From the IMG/VR virus record IMGVR_UViG_3300034111_000674, positions 1 through 64,000 of that record: DNA of 64,000 nucleotides, one strand, 5' to 3'. The translations under genes and the position numbers were made by a program. Below are positions 8,630 through 17,983 of the stretch, piece by piece. Each line of letters begins with the position of its first letter. Within the stretch, counting starts at the first letter, position 1. A model generated the notes under the pieces. That model was not told the DNA's origin. It saw nothing but the letters and a program-made list of their open reading frames with translations, and ran no database searches. The stretch is from a virus (Duplodnaviria > Caudoviricetes).

Positions 8630-9784
8630 ATGGCATTAAATTTAGTACGTAATAGCCGAGTTTTCTTTACTACAAACGTCAATAATGACGGAATAGTGAT
8701 TAAAACAGGCATCACCACCTCTAATACTTTTGAAATTCAGGTATTGGACGGTTTCACATTTTCTCAAAATACAGCCTCAGAGGTTGTTACTTTAAATGAG
8801 GCAGGTGCTACACCTGCTCGCGGACAGCGCAGCTTTGCAACAGCTCTAGATCCTGTAGATTTCTCTTTTAGTACCTACATTCGCCCCAAGTTTGTAGAAC
8901 TTGGTGCCAATGACGAAGTTCAAGCTGAAGAGCAATACTTGTGGAACGCCTTTACAGGCACAGCTGCTATCGGTCAAGTCGGTGCAGGTTGGGTAGCTAC
9001 AGCTAGCGCAACTCCTGTTAGCACAGTATCTTGGGCCAACTCAAACACACACCAACTACAAAAGTTTGGCATGTTGATTTGGGTTGACAATGTATTATTT
9101 ACCATTGATAACTGCGCTCTAGATCAAGCTACTATTGACTTTGGTCTGGATGGTATTGCTACTATTGCTTGGACAGGCAGAGGTACAAAGTTAAGTATTT
9201 TTGAAGGTACAACTCTAACAGGTAACACATTTGCTGGTACTGATACTTTTTCTGGTACCGCCAGAGCCAAAGATACAACCGCTAAATACCTAGCCAACAA
9301 GTTAAGCACTTGCGTAATGGTAAAAGGGATTGATGGATCAGGTACAACATCACACACTATCCCAGTTACTGGCGGTAGTATTACATTTGCAAACAACCTA
9401 ACATACTTGACACCTGCTAATTTAGGCGTGGTAAATGAACCTGTTACCTACTTTACAGGTACACGTGCTATTAGTGGCAGTATTAGTGCTTACCTAAGAA
9501 CTGGCGAAAGTAACTCTAGCTCTGATATTTTGAGCGATATTTTGGCCAACTCTGTTACAAGCCAAGCCCAAGCATACGAACTTACGCTTAACATTGGTGG
9601 AGGTGCTGGAGCCGGCACTCGCGTAGAAGTAAATCTACCTGCAGCAGTATTACAGGTCCCGTCAATCAATGCAGAGCAGGTTGTTTCTACAACAATCAAT
9701 TTTGTGGCTCACGCCTATAATGGCACAGCATACGATATTACAGGTACAAACGAGGCAACTCTAAAGTACTACGCAGTAGTTTAA
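8630..9784 (+). CDS. Major tail tube protein (T5 pb6-like)
   Basis: Motifs EIQVLDGFTFSQ, RGQRSF, FSFSTYIRP, YFTGTRAISGSISAYL. Strong RBS, followed by a terminator. Confidence 0.85.
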   Translation: MALNLVRNSRVFFTTNVNNDGIVIKTGITTSNTFEIQVLDGFTFSQNTASEVVTLNEAGATPARGQRSFATALDPVDFSFSTYIRPKFVELGANDEVQAEEQYLWNAFTGTAAIGQVGAGWVATASATPVSTVSWANSNTHQLQKFGMLIWVDNVLFTIDNCALDQATIDFGLDGIATIAWTGRGTKLSIFEGTTLTGNTFAGTDTFSGTARAKDTTAKYLANKLSTCVMVKGIDGSGTTSHTIPVTGGSITFANNLTYLTPANLGVVNEPVTYFTGTRAISGSISAYLRTGESNSSSDILSDILANSVTSQAQAYELTLNIGGGAGAGTRVEVNLPAAVLQVPSINAEQVVSTTINFVAHAYNGTAYDITGTNEATLKYYAVV

Positions 9785-9791
9785 TATTCAT

Positions 9792-9821
9792 AGTAGGGCA
9801 GAAGTATCTGCCCTACTTTTT
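9792..9821 (+). terminator. Rho-independent terminator after the major tail gene
   Basis: AGTAGGGCAGA-AGTA-TCTGCCCTACT-TTTT. Confidence 0.85.
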
Positions 9822-9838
9822 AACAACAAGGACATTTC

Positions 9839-10282
9839 ATGACAGAAAACGCAAGCGGCTCTCAAGTAAACCTATCACTAAAGAGTCTTCTAGTACCCAG
9901 TAAGACAGTTGAGGTTGATTTTCCTGGATTTACAGAATTTAAAGTTAAATTAAGCTTTCTCAGCCGCGAGACCCTTGTCTCGATACGGAAAAAAGCCACA
10001 AAAACAACTTTTAAAAATCGACAACCAACAGAAGAACTTAATGACGAATTGTTTTTACAACTTTACGTACAAGCAGCGGTCAAAGGTTGGTCTGGCTTTA
10101 AATTAAGCTATCTGGAACAACTAGCGCCAGTAGATCTTGAAGGTCAAGACATGAACAGTGAGCTGGCATTCACAGAAGAAAATGCGCTTTTCTTAATGAA
10201 AAACAGTAGTAATTTTGATGCCTGGGTTTCGGAACAAGTAACCGAACTGGGAAACTTTCAGAGCAGCAGTACAAAGAAGTAG
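9839..10282 (+). CDS. Tail assembly chaperone (lambda gpG-like)
   Basis: 147 aa between the major tail and tape measure genes; ends shortly after a slippery heptamer. Confidence 0.8.
   Translation: MTENASGSQVNLSLKSLLVPSKTVEVDFPGFTEFKVKLSFLSRETLVSIRKKATKTTFKNRQPTEELNDELFLQLYVQAAVKGWSGFKLSYLEQLAPVDLEGQDMNSELAFTEENALFLMKNSSNFDAWVSEQVTELGNFQSSSTKK
10249..10255 (+). promoter_or_regulatory. Programmed -1 frameshift slippery site G GGA AAC
   Basis: X XXY YYZ heptamer in the correct phase (CTG GGA AAC). The -1 frame GGG AAA CTT TCA... is open through 10641. Confidence 0.85.
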
Positions 10283-10317
10283 TAGATAGTTTAAAAAACT
10301 ATTTAGAAAATTCAAAA

Positions 10318-10641
10318 GTGGGCATGACAAGAGATCAATACCTTGAAATGTGCGAAATGATGAACAGTGCCCCCAAGGATTCAGAAATACCACTAGAATT
10401 TTCAGATCTTGTATTGGAAGCTCAAGAAGTATTACAGATCTACAATATACTGCAAGATCAATGGGACTACATGGGCGGCAACTATATAGGTAAAAATTAT
10501 ACTTATATTGATGCAGTCTTCCAGATCTACAATGTAGATCTGGAGTTGAGAAAAACGTACCTTGAGTTATTGGTAGTAATAGATAACACACGCCAAAAGC
10601 AGATCCAAGACAGTAAGCCAAAAGACAACAAAGCCCGCTAA
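10318..10641 (+). CDS. Tail assembly chaperone C-terminal extension (gpT-like), probably expressed by -1 frameshift from 10249
   Basis: In frame with the -1 frame at 10249 with no intervening stop (KLSEQQYKEVVDSLKNYLENSKVGMTRDQYLEMCE...). Contains WDYMGGNYIGKNY. Confidence 0.8.
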   Translation: MGMTRDQYLEMCEMMNSAPKDSEIPLEFSDLVLEAQEVLQIYNILQDQWDYMGGNYIGKNYTYIDAVFQIYNVDLELRKTYLELLVVIDNTRQKQIQDSKPKDNKAR

Positions 10642-10655
10642 ATGCGGGCTTTTTT
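10630..10655 (+). terminator. Rho-independent terminator after the chaperone genes
   Basis: AAAGCCCGC-TAAAT-GCGGGCTTT-TTT. Confidence 0.85.
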
Positions 10656-10678
10656 GTTTGCCAAGAAAAAATTACTGC

Positions 10679-10707
10679 TTGACAAAGTACCCCAGCAGTG
10701 GTATAAT
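10679..10707 (+). promoter_or_regulatory. Sigma70 promoter for the tape measure / tail tip operon
   Basis: TTGACA (10679-10684), 17 bp spacer, TGg-TATAAT (10702-10707). Confidence 0.9.
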
Positions 10708-10758
10708 TTGTAGGTCTTGAGTATAGAACGCTCAAATTTTTTATTGCCAGGAGAATTT

Positions 10759-13700
10759 ATGGCAGATAATAGCAGTACATTTACCCTCCGAGTTAAAACA
10801 GAGGGCATGCAAGAGGCCAAGCAGGACTCTCAAGCCATCAGAAATAATCTAGAAGGTGCCCAAAAAGCAGCTTCTGGCACAGCTTCGTCCAAAAGAATGG
10901 CCAGTAGTGCTGCCGCACAGCCAACGGGCAAGGCAGGAGCGTCTGCTGGAGTTTTTACTGGCCAAGAGGTAGAAAACTACAATCGGGCCCGTGGTGCAGC
11001 TGGTGCAGCTGGCGGTACTGCTCGTGACTTTGCAGACCAAGCCCGTGGGCTTGGTGGATTGGTGCGTCTGTACGCAACTGTTGCAGCTAATGCATTTGCT
11101 GCCGCGGCAGCTTTTGGTGCTTTAAGCCGAGCTATGGATACCAGCAACATGGTCAAAGGATTGGACCAGCTCGGTGCAGCCAGTGGTGTAGCTCTGGGCA
11201 ATTTGAGCAAGAGACTGTTCTTAGCCACAGATGGTGCAGTCAGTCTACGTGAAGCTATGGAAGCCACAGCTAAAGCTACTGGAGCAGGTCTTAGTACTGA
11301 CCAGATCCTAAAATTGGGCGAAGTGGCAAAGAAAGCCTCACAGACCCTAGGCGTAAACATGACAGACGCGTTGAGTCGGTTAAGTCGCGGTATTACAAAA
11401 TTAGAGCCTGAACTATTAGACGAACTGGGCATTTTCGTAAAGATTGACGATGCCGCATCAAAGTACGCTCTTAGCGTTGGCAAGAGCACTAGTGCCCTAA
11501 CAGATTTTGAACGTCGTCAGGCTTTTGCGAATGCTGTGTTGGATCAGGGCAATAAAAAGTTCGGTGAAATAAATATTGACATCAATCCCTACACAAAACT
11601 AGCAGCCACTTTTCAAAACCTAACACAAACCATCCTTGAGTTTATAAACAAGGGGTTAGCTCCTGTAGCACAAATATTTGCTGATAACTCTGTGTTGCTT
11701 GGCGCGGCTTTTGCTTTTATAGCTACCAAAGTTTTAAAAATGGCTATTCCCGCATTGGGCGAGTGGCAAAGCCAACTGGTAAAAACTGCGCAAACCGCAA
11801 AAGAAAAAGCGCAAGCAATAAATACTGCATTCGGTGAGGCTTGGGTAGATCGTTGGGAAACTCGGTTAAAACTTCCCGAACTTAGAGCAGGTGTTAAAGT
11901 TGCCACAGATGAATTAAAAAAAGTTGCACTACCTGCTGATGCTAGTAAAAATGTACAAGCAGGATACCAAACGTTATTACGCGGCGAGGAGCTTTCTAAG
12001 ACTCAGTTAACTGCAACAACTCGTGCAATGAGTATCAAGAAGAAAGAGTTAGAAGCTCTTGGGGACGCACAAGACAAACAAAGCAAGAAACAAAAATTAG
12101 CTTTAGAAAGAGAAATTAGTAGCTTAGAAAGAATCATAGCTCTTAATAAACAAAGACAGGCATTAAGCTTAGCAGAAGGCAAAATAGAAACAGCAGCTGG
12201 AGCACAGCCGGGCATTCTAAGTGGAGAAGCTGCTAGAAATAGAATAGCAAAAGGAGCATCCACTACCGCTATAGCCCTTGCAGAATTGGCAGCAATACCA
12301 AGCCAAACCATGGAAAAAGGCTTTATGGATGCCATGAAAAACATGAAGGCCAATCTTGAAAAGCAGGGAGTTGGGTTTGTCAAACGTTGGTCTACCTTGG
12401 CAGTTGGAGCTCTTGCCAGTGCTACTGCTGCCATAGGAACATTTGTAGCCTCCATTACAATGTGGATTGGTGTATTTATGGCTGTTGGTTTCGCTATCTA
12501 TGGGGCATTAAAGTATTTTAGTGCTACTAAGAAAGAAAGTGAACTAACAGCGGAAGCAATAACCAGATTAGAAGACGCATCAAAGAGTGCGGCACTTACC
12601 TTGGAAAAGTTGTCGATGTCTAAAGATCCGTTGGAGTCTTTGAGCGTTCAGACAATCCAGGCCAGAGCAAACGCACTAAAAGAGTTGGGAGACAGTGCAG
12701 CACTAGCAGTTAAGAGAGCCTTTGATGAAATATCAAAGATGAATGCGGGTGACAAGCTTTTAAACTTTGTTTCCAAATTATGGAGCGGAGACGTACAAAC
12801 AAAACTTTCCGAAGGCCTGGCCGACAGCATTAAAAACTCTTTTAGACTAGCAGAAGATACAAAACTTACTCAAGAAGCTAAAAAATCGATAGAGGCCATA
12901 CTTGGTACATCTGTTCAAAGTGCTAACTTGGAACAGGTAATTAAAAAGGTCGCCGCTAGTGGAGATGATGGAAAATTAAAAGAAATAGTAAAAATTATTG
13001 AAAACATGGGAAATGCAGCAGCTGTAAGTGCTGCAAAAGGTACAGAACTAAAAGAAAGTTTTGCAAAAGTTACCACAGGTATTCAGGAATTTAATAAGAG
13101 TATACTACCAACCGATAGCCTTTCAAAGATAGCTCAAGACAGTGCTGTAGCAGCCCAAAAGTTGGGCGTGGCCTTAGCCGATCCAGTGCAAGCCTTAACA
13201 GCAATGAAAGACATTTCTGGCAACATAGATATGTTGAGTATCTTTCCTGCTGATGTTGCTAAAACTTTGATGAGCTATAATACTGAATTAACAAACATAG
13301 TTCAAAGAACAGCAGATGCCAAAAAAGCTACAGAAGCTTACGACAAACAGATAATAGAACTAAGCAAAGATATAAAAACACTTGGTCAAAACTACCAACC
13401 AGGAAGTGAAACAGAAGCAAGAGTTAATGAAATAAAGAGACAAATTGAAGAATTAGAAGGCAAAAAAGTACAGCTACGGGTTGAAATACAAACTGATACT
13501 GGTGCTATAAGAGGTGTTTTTGATCAGGCAGTAAGAGCCAGTTTAATTACTTCAGCAGATATGATGGCTGCAAGATTAGCGGCTGAAATAAGTAAAGCAC
13601 AAACTGTTGTAAAAGGTGCGTTGGCTGGCTTACTAGGAGATACTGTAGGTGGTATTAGACAAAGAGCAGAAATAGAAAAAGAAGGAATCCGTGCAAGCAT

Positions 13701-16700
13701 GGAGGTAACCCGTCAAAGTTTCAATTTAGCTAACAAAATGGAAGAGCTAAAGATTGAAATGGAGCGTAAGAGACTTCAAGATGAAAAGCTATTCCTTGAA
13801 ACCAAAAAAGTACAGTTTGGCATATCAGAAGAAGAAGAAACTAAATTAAAGAATATCGGCAGCAGACTCCTAAACTTAGACAGACAGGAAAACATAGTAA
13901 AAGGCAGGGGATCACAAAGTTCCCAACAATTGGCCAGACAAGGAGCTGATGCAGATGTAATAGCCTTACAACAACGTTTTGAAGGTTTCAGAACAAGTTT
14001 AGCAGGTGCAGCTGCAAGTACAAAAGCAATCGATATAAAAGCAGAGTACGAAGTAAGAAGAAAAGTTTTTGAATTAAACCAAAAAGATTTTCAACTACAA
14101 GTAGACGCCGCAAACAAACAAAAAGATATAGCCTCTATAGTTAGTGGTATTTATGGTATTGAAAATCAAAGTGCTCTAAACGCAAAGATACAAGCCGAAA
14201 ACACTGCCCAACAACTAACCGATGAAAAAACTAGAAGAGCTTTAGTAGAAGCGACAGATGAAAAAGCCGATCTATATGTAAGAGCATTAAATGAGGCTTC
14301 CAAAGCAAAGGGCAAACTAACCAAGCAACAAGAAAAAGAATTAGAAAATTTTAAGTTAGCACTAATAGAATCCGGCAGAGAAGTAGACAGATTTGACGAG
14401 GGATTAAAACTTCGCACTGAGCTCAAAAAAGTCAATGATGATATTCAAAAACAACAAAGCAAATCTGCAGGACTTGAAAAGGAAGCAGAATTTCAACAAA
14501 CAAGCTTAAAAAATGCCGAAGAATTGGCAAAAATCTCCATTGACAGTAAGAAACAAGAATTTGATGCTCTTGTTGCCGCAGGTAGACTTAGTGAAGAATA
14601 TGCTGCTAATAGATTGGCTGATATTGCAGCTGAAACTCAAGCATTGGCTGTTCAATCACAACTAAGAGAGGCAGCCGCAGTACGTGATGCAGCTCTGAGA
14701 GCAGCATTAAGTAAAGCTGCACAGGCAGAAATTGCTGGTGAAGATCAGGAGTCAATTACTGCCATTCGAGTTGCTGAAGAAACCCGAGCTATAGAAGCAT
14801 ACAACGCTAAAAAAGTAGCAATAGATGCAGCAAATAGGTCTGCAACTCGAGCTATTGAAATTACAAAACAGCAGAGCCTAGAAACAGCCAAACAAAACGA
14901 AGAACTCAAAAAGCAAGCAGAGATCCTAGGACTTTTCGAAGGCATTGCAGACACTCTAGGACAAGCATTTGGTAAGGCCGGTGAAGTGTTGGGTAAGTTT
15001 GTGGGTACTATTAGTCAAATAATTGACAACCAAGAAACCTACAACAAAAAACGCGCTGAGCAATCTAGAATTATTGATGAAGTAGCCGAAAAAGAAAAAT
15101 CTGGTTATCTAAGTGCTGATGACGTCGCCAAGATGAATCAGGCAACTAAAACTCGTAATGACTTGGACAAGAAAAACGCCAAAGACGAACTAACTAACAA
15201 CGCAAAAATTTTGGGCAGCGCTAAAACCTTATTCAAAGAAAAAACAGCTGCTTATAAGATACTTTCAGGCATGGAAAAAGCTATGCACATTGCCAGATTG
15301 GTAATGGATGCCAAAGAACTTGCTTCAAATTTTGCCAAAACTGGTGTATCTTTAGTAGAGTCTGGTAAAAGAATGTTTGCCTATGGACAAGAAGCTATTA
15401 CATCAGCACTTAGGCTACCACCTCCTGCAGGTTTTATAGCCGGAGCAGCAATGGCAGCTATTGTTGCCAGTATAATTGGTAAAACTATCGGTGGCAGCGT
15501 GTCAGCACCCGCACCTGGAAGCTCATCAGCCGATCGCCAAGAAACCCAAGGAACTGGAATGGCTTGGAGAGAGGGCCAAAAAGTTGAAACTGGTGGCGGA
15601 GTGTTTGGGGATTCAGAGGCCAAGAGTAACTCTATAAGAGATTCCTTGGAAATGATCAAGGACAACTCTGTAGACGGCTTGAGCTATAATAACGAAATGG
15701 TGAACCTACTCACTAGTATTGATAAAAATATTGGCAAAGCTGCTGTAGGATTATTTGGTGTAAAAGGGCTACGAGCAAATACCGCGTTTGGCACTGTTGA
15801 AGGCACTAAGAGTGGTGGCGGTCTATTTGGCACCGGACTGTTTGCCAGTAAAACAACTAGTCAAATCACAGACAGTGGTATTTTAGTCAAAGGTACTTTT
15901 AGACAGTTAGCTGGTGAAATAGACGGTGCAGTTGTTCAATTGTACGAAGACGTAACTAAAACCAAGAAAACTTGGTACGGAAGAACTAAATCTTGGACTG
16001 AGAGAAGCACTACAGAAATGCCACAGGCATTACAGTATATAAATGACATATTTTCTCAAAGCACTGAACTATTTATCAACTTAGGATCTAAATTAGATAT
16101 GGGATCCGAACAGATCTATGCTGCATTAGACAATATGGGTTCAATAGATTTTGAAGGCTCTCTGCGCGGTTTAAAGGGTGAAGATTTTGAAAATGAACTT
16201 CAGGCATTAATAAGCACACAATTGGGCAATGCTTCTAGGGCTATTTTTGGTACCCTAGTCGACGAGTTTAAGCAGTTTGGTGAAGATGCATTACAAACAG
16301 TTATTAGAGTACTTGATCAGACTGAAAAAGTCAACCAAGTACTTAAAAATCTCAACGTAGCAGCTCCAACAGACAGATTACAAAATATCAGATTCGCTGA
16401 TACTTTGGTAGAATTATCTGGTGGCATAGAAGAGTTTGTAAGCCAAAACAAGTTCTTTACTGAAAACTTTTTAACTGATGCTGAAAGACTAGCACCAATA
16501 CAAAAAGCAGTAACAGAAGAACTTGGTCGTTTGAACCTGAGTTTTGTCGATACCAGAGAAGAGTTCAAAGCCCAAGTAATAGCGGCTTTAGCATTAGGTG
16601 ATGCGGGTGCTGAACTATACACCGCACTGATGAGGTTAGCCCCAGGCTTTGCAGAAGTTACAAAAGAAGCCAAAGCTGCAACTGCTGAATTATCTGCCGA

Positions 16701-17958
16701 AGACCTAGTGGCTAAAATCAATCAAACCAGAGTTAAAGCCCTGCAAATTCAAGCTCAGATTTCCGGAAGAGAAGCAGACGCTTTAGCGGTAGTAACCCTA
16801 CAACGTGAATTAGAATTAGCTGAACTAGATAAGTATCCAGAAGTTCAAAGAAACATCCTAAAGAACAATCAAAATTATATTTATGCTCTTGAAGATGAAC
16901 TGGCGGCAAAAGAAAAGCTGGTAAAAAGAAGAGATCTATTAAAGAATACAATAAATACATTAACAAAGTCAATAGAAACACTGGCTGCTTATAAAAATAC
17001 TTTGTTATTGGGTGACACTTCGGTGTTGTTGCCCGTAGACAAGTATCAACAAGCCAAAACACAGTTTGAAGATTTATTGACTACTATCAATAAAACACCA
17101 GGCACTGAAGCTGAAAAATCTGCACAACTAGAGGCAGTGAATAAGTTACCACAAGTTGCTGATTCCTTCCTACAGGCCTCGAGAATTATTAATGCTAGTA
17201 GTGGCCAGTATACAAGTGATTTCAAAAGTGTTACAGATGCTTTAGATCAAACTAGCGGTGTACTAACGGGTCAAAAAACCGACGCTGAACTGCAGTTAGA
17301 AGCAATAAAAGAGCAAGCAATAATATTAGATAATATAGCAGAAAGCTCAGCTACTACTGCTGATTTAATAGAAAAGTACTTAAATGCTGTAAATGTACGT
17401 AATGAGACCGGAAGTACACTAGGACCACCTAGCCCAACCGGTACCAATACTACTCCTTTAGATACTTCAGTAGCCAACGCTTTAACTGCTTTGGCAACAG
17501 AGTTTAAGAACTTTAAGGAGTCCATGATGGGTGCTGAAGGTTTTCCAAGTATCAAAACTGCTTTAACTGGAACAGGCGGAGTTAAAGACGCTCTAACTGG
17601 AACAGGCGGAGTTAAAGACGCTCTAACTGGAACAGGCGGAGTTAAAGACGCCCTAACTGGAACAGGCGGAGTTAAAGACGCCCTAACTGGAACAGGCGGA
17701 GTTAAAGACGCCCTAACTGGAACAAACGGAGTTGTAGCCGCAGTAACAGATGTTAGTAAAGAAATAAAAATTACTAGAAATGCCGATGTTGCTCAAACAA
17801 GTGCCCTTGTAGATACAATTGCTACTAGTTCTCAGTCAGTTGCAACCGCAGTTGTAGACACAGCCAACAACACTACTAGTTACCAAGACTATAGTACTAG
17901 AACACAAGTAATAATTGGTAGGTATGGGTTGGATAAGTATGTTATAAACCAACCATAG
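10759..17958 (+). CDS. Tail tape measure protein (~2399 aa)
   Basis: Long Ala/Lys/Glu-rich helical ORF after the chaperone pair, with two hydrophobic segments (TLAVGALASATAAIG...GALKYF; PPPAGFIAGAAMAAIVASII). Start placed at ATG 10759 after CAGGAG. Confidence 0.93.
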   Translation: MADNSSTFTLRVKTEGMQEAKQDSQAIRNNLEGAQKAASGTASSKRMASSAAAQPTGKAGASAGVFTGQEVENYNRARGAAGAAGGTARDFADQARGLGGLVRLYATVAANAFAAAAAFGALSRAMDTSNMVKGLDQLGAASGVALGNLSKRLFLATDGAVSLREAMEATAKATGAGLSTDQILKLGEVAKKASQTLGVNMTDALSRLSRGITKLEPELLDELGIFVKIDDAASKYALSVGKSTSALTDFERRQAFANAVLDQGNKKFGEINIDINPYTKLAATFQNLTQTILEFINKGLAPVAQIFADNSVLLGAAFAFIATKVLKMAIPALGEWQSQLVKTAQTAKEKAQAINTAFGEAWVDRWETRLKLPELRAGVKVATDELKKVALPADASKNVQAGYQTLLRGEELSKTQLTATTRAMSIKKKELEALGDAQDKQSKKQKLALEREISSLERIIALNKQRQALSLAEGKIETAAGAQPGILSGEAARNRIAKGASTTAIALAELAAIPSQTMEKGFMDAMKNMKANLEKQGVGFVKRWSTLAVGALASATAAIGTFVASITMWIGVFMAVGFAIYGALKYFSATKKESELTAEAITRLEDASKSAALTLEKLSMSKDPLESLSVQTIQARANALKELGDSAALAVKRAFDEISKMNAGDKLLNFVSKLWSGDVQTKLSEGLADSIKNSFRLAEDTKLTQEAKKSIEAILGTSVQSANLEQVIKKVAASGDDGKLKEIVKIIENMGNAAAVSAAKGTELKESFAKVTTGIQEFNKSILPTDSLSKIAQDSAVAAQKLGVALADPVQALTAMKDISGNIDMLSIFPADVAKTLMSYNTELTNIVQRTADAKKATEAYDKQIIELSKDIKTLGQNYQPGSETEARVNEIKRQIEELEGKKVQLRVEIQTDTGAIRGVFDQAVRASLITSADMMAARLAAEISKAQTVVKGALAGLLGDTVGGIRQRAEIEKEGIRASMEVTRQSFNLANKMEELKIEMERKRLQDEKLFLETKKVQFGISEEEETKLKNIGSRLLNLDRQENIVKGRGSQSSQQLARQGADADVIALQQRFEGFRTSLAGAAASTKAIDIKAEYEVRRKVFELNQKDFQLQVDAANKQKDIASIVSGIYGIENQSALNAKIQAENTAQQLTDEKTRRALVEATDEKADLYVRALNEASKAKGKLTKQQEKELENFKLALIESGREVDRFDEGLKLRTELKKVNDDIQKQQSKSAGLEKEAEFQQTSLKNAEELAKISIDSKKQEFDALVAAGRLSEEYAANRLADIAAETQALAVQSQLREAAAVRDAALRAALSKAAQAEIAGEDQESITAIRVAEETRAIEAYNAKKVAIDAANRSATRAIEITKQQSLETAKQNEELKKQAEILGLFEGIADTLGQAFGKAGEVLGKFVGTISQIIDNQETYNKKRAEQSRIIDEVAEKEKSGYLSADDVAKMNQATKTRNDLDKKNAKDELTNNAKILGSAKTLFKEKTAAYKILSGMEKAMHIARLVMDAKELASNFAKTGVSLVESGKRMFAYGQEAITSALRLPPPAGFIAGAAMAAIVASIIGKTIGGSVSAPAPGSSSADRQETQGTGMAWREGQKVETGGGVFGDSEAKSNSIRDSLEMIKDNSVDGLSYNNEMVNLLTSIDKNIGKAAVGLFGVKGLRANTAFGTVEGTKSGGGLFGTGLFASKTTSQITDSGILVKGTFRQLAGEIDGAVVQLYEDVTKTKKTWYGRTKSWTERSTTEMPQALQYINDIFSQSTELFINLGSKLDMGSEQIYAALDNMGSIDFEGSLRGLKGEDFENELQALISTQLGNASRAIFGTLVDEFKQFGEDALQTVIRVLDQTEKVNQVLKNLNVAAPTDRLQNIRFADTLVELSGGIEEFVSQNKFFTENFLTDAERLAPIQKAVTEELGRLNLSFVDTREEFKAQVIAALALGDAGAELYTALMRLAPGFAEVTKEAKAATAELSAEDLVAKINQTRVKALQIQAQISGREADALAVVTLQRELELAELDKYPEVQRNILKNNQNYIYALEDELAAKEKLVKRRDLLKNTINTLTKSIETLAAYKNTLLLGDTSVLLPVDKYQQAKTQFEDLLTTINKTPGTEAEKSAQLEAVNKLPQVADSFLQASRIINASSGQYTSDFKSVTDALDQTSGVLTGQKTDAELQLEAIKEQAIILDNIAESSATTADLIEKYLNAVNVRNETGSTLGPPSPTGTNTTPLDTSVANALTALATEFKNFKESMMGAEGFPSIKTALTGTGGVKDALTGTGGVKDALTGTGGVKDALTGTGGVKDALTGTGGVKDALTGTNGVVAAVTDVSKEIKITRNADVAQTSALVDTIATSSQSVATAVVDTANNTTSYQDYSTRTQVIIGRYGLDKYVINQP
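17560..17733 (+). repeat. 30-bp tandem repeat, 5 full copies plus 1 partial (ALTGTGGVKD), in the tape measure C-terminus
   Basis: GC(T/C)(T/C)TAACTGGAACAGGCGGAGTTAAAGAC units start at 17560, 17590, 17620, 17650 and 17680, with a partial unit at 17710. Confidence 0.97.
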
Positions 17959-17983
17959 TTTTATATAACAACAAGGAGAAAAA

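Noticed and set aside
10977-17555. Many minus-strand ORFs inside the tape measure gene
   Set aside because: Expected shadows of an Ala/Leu-rich gene; no motifs or RBS.
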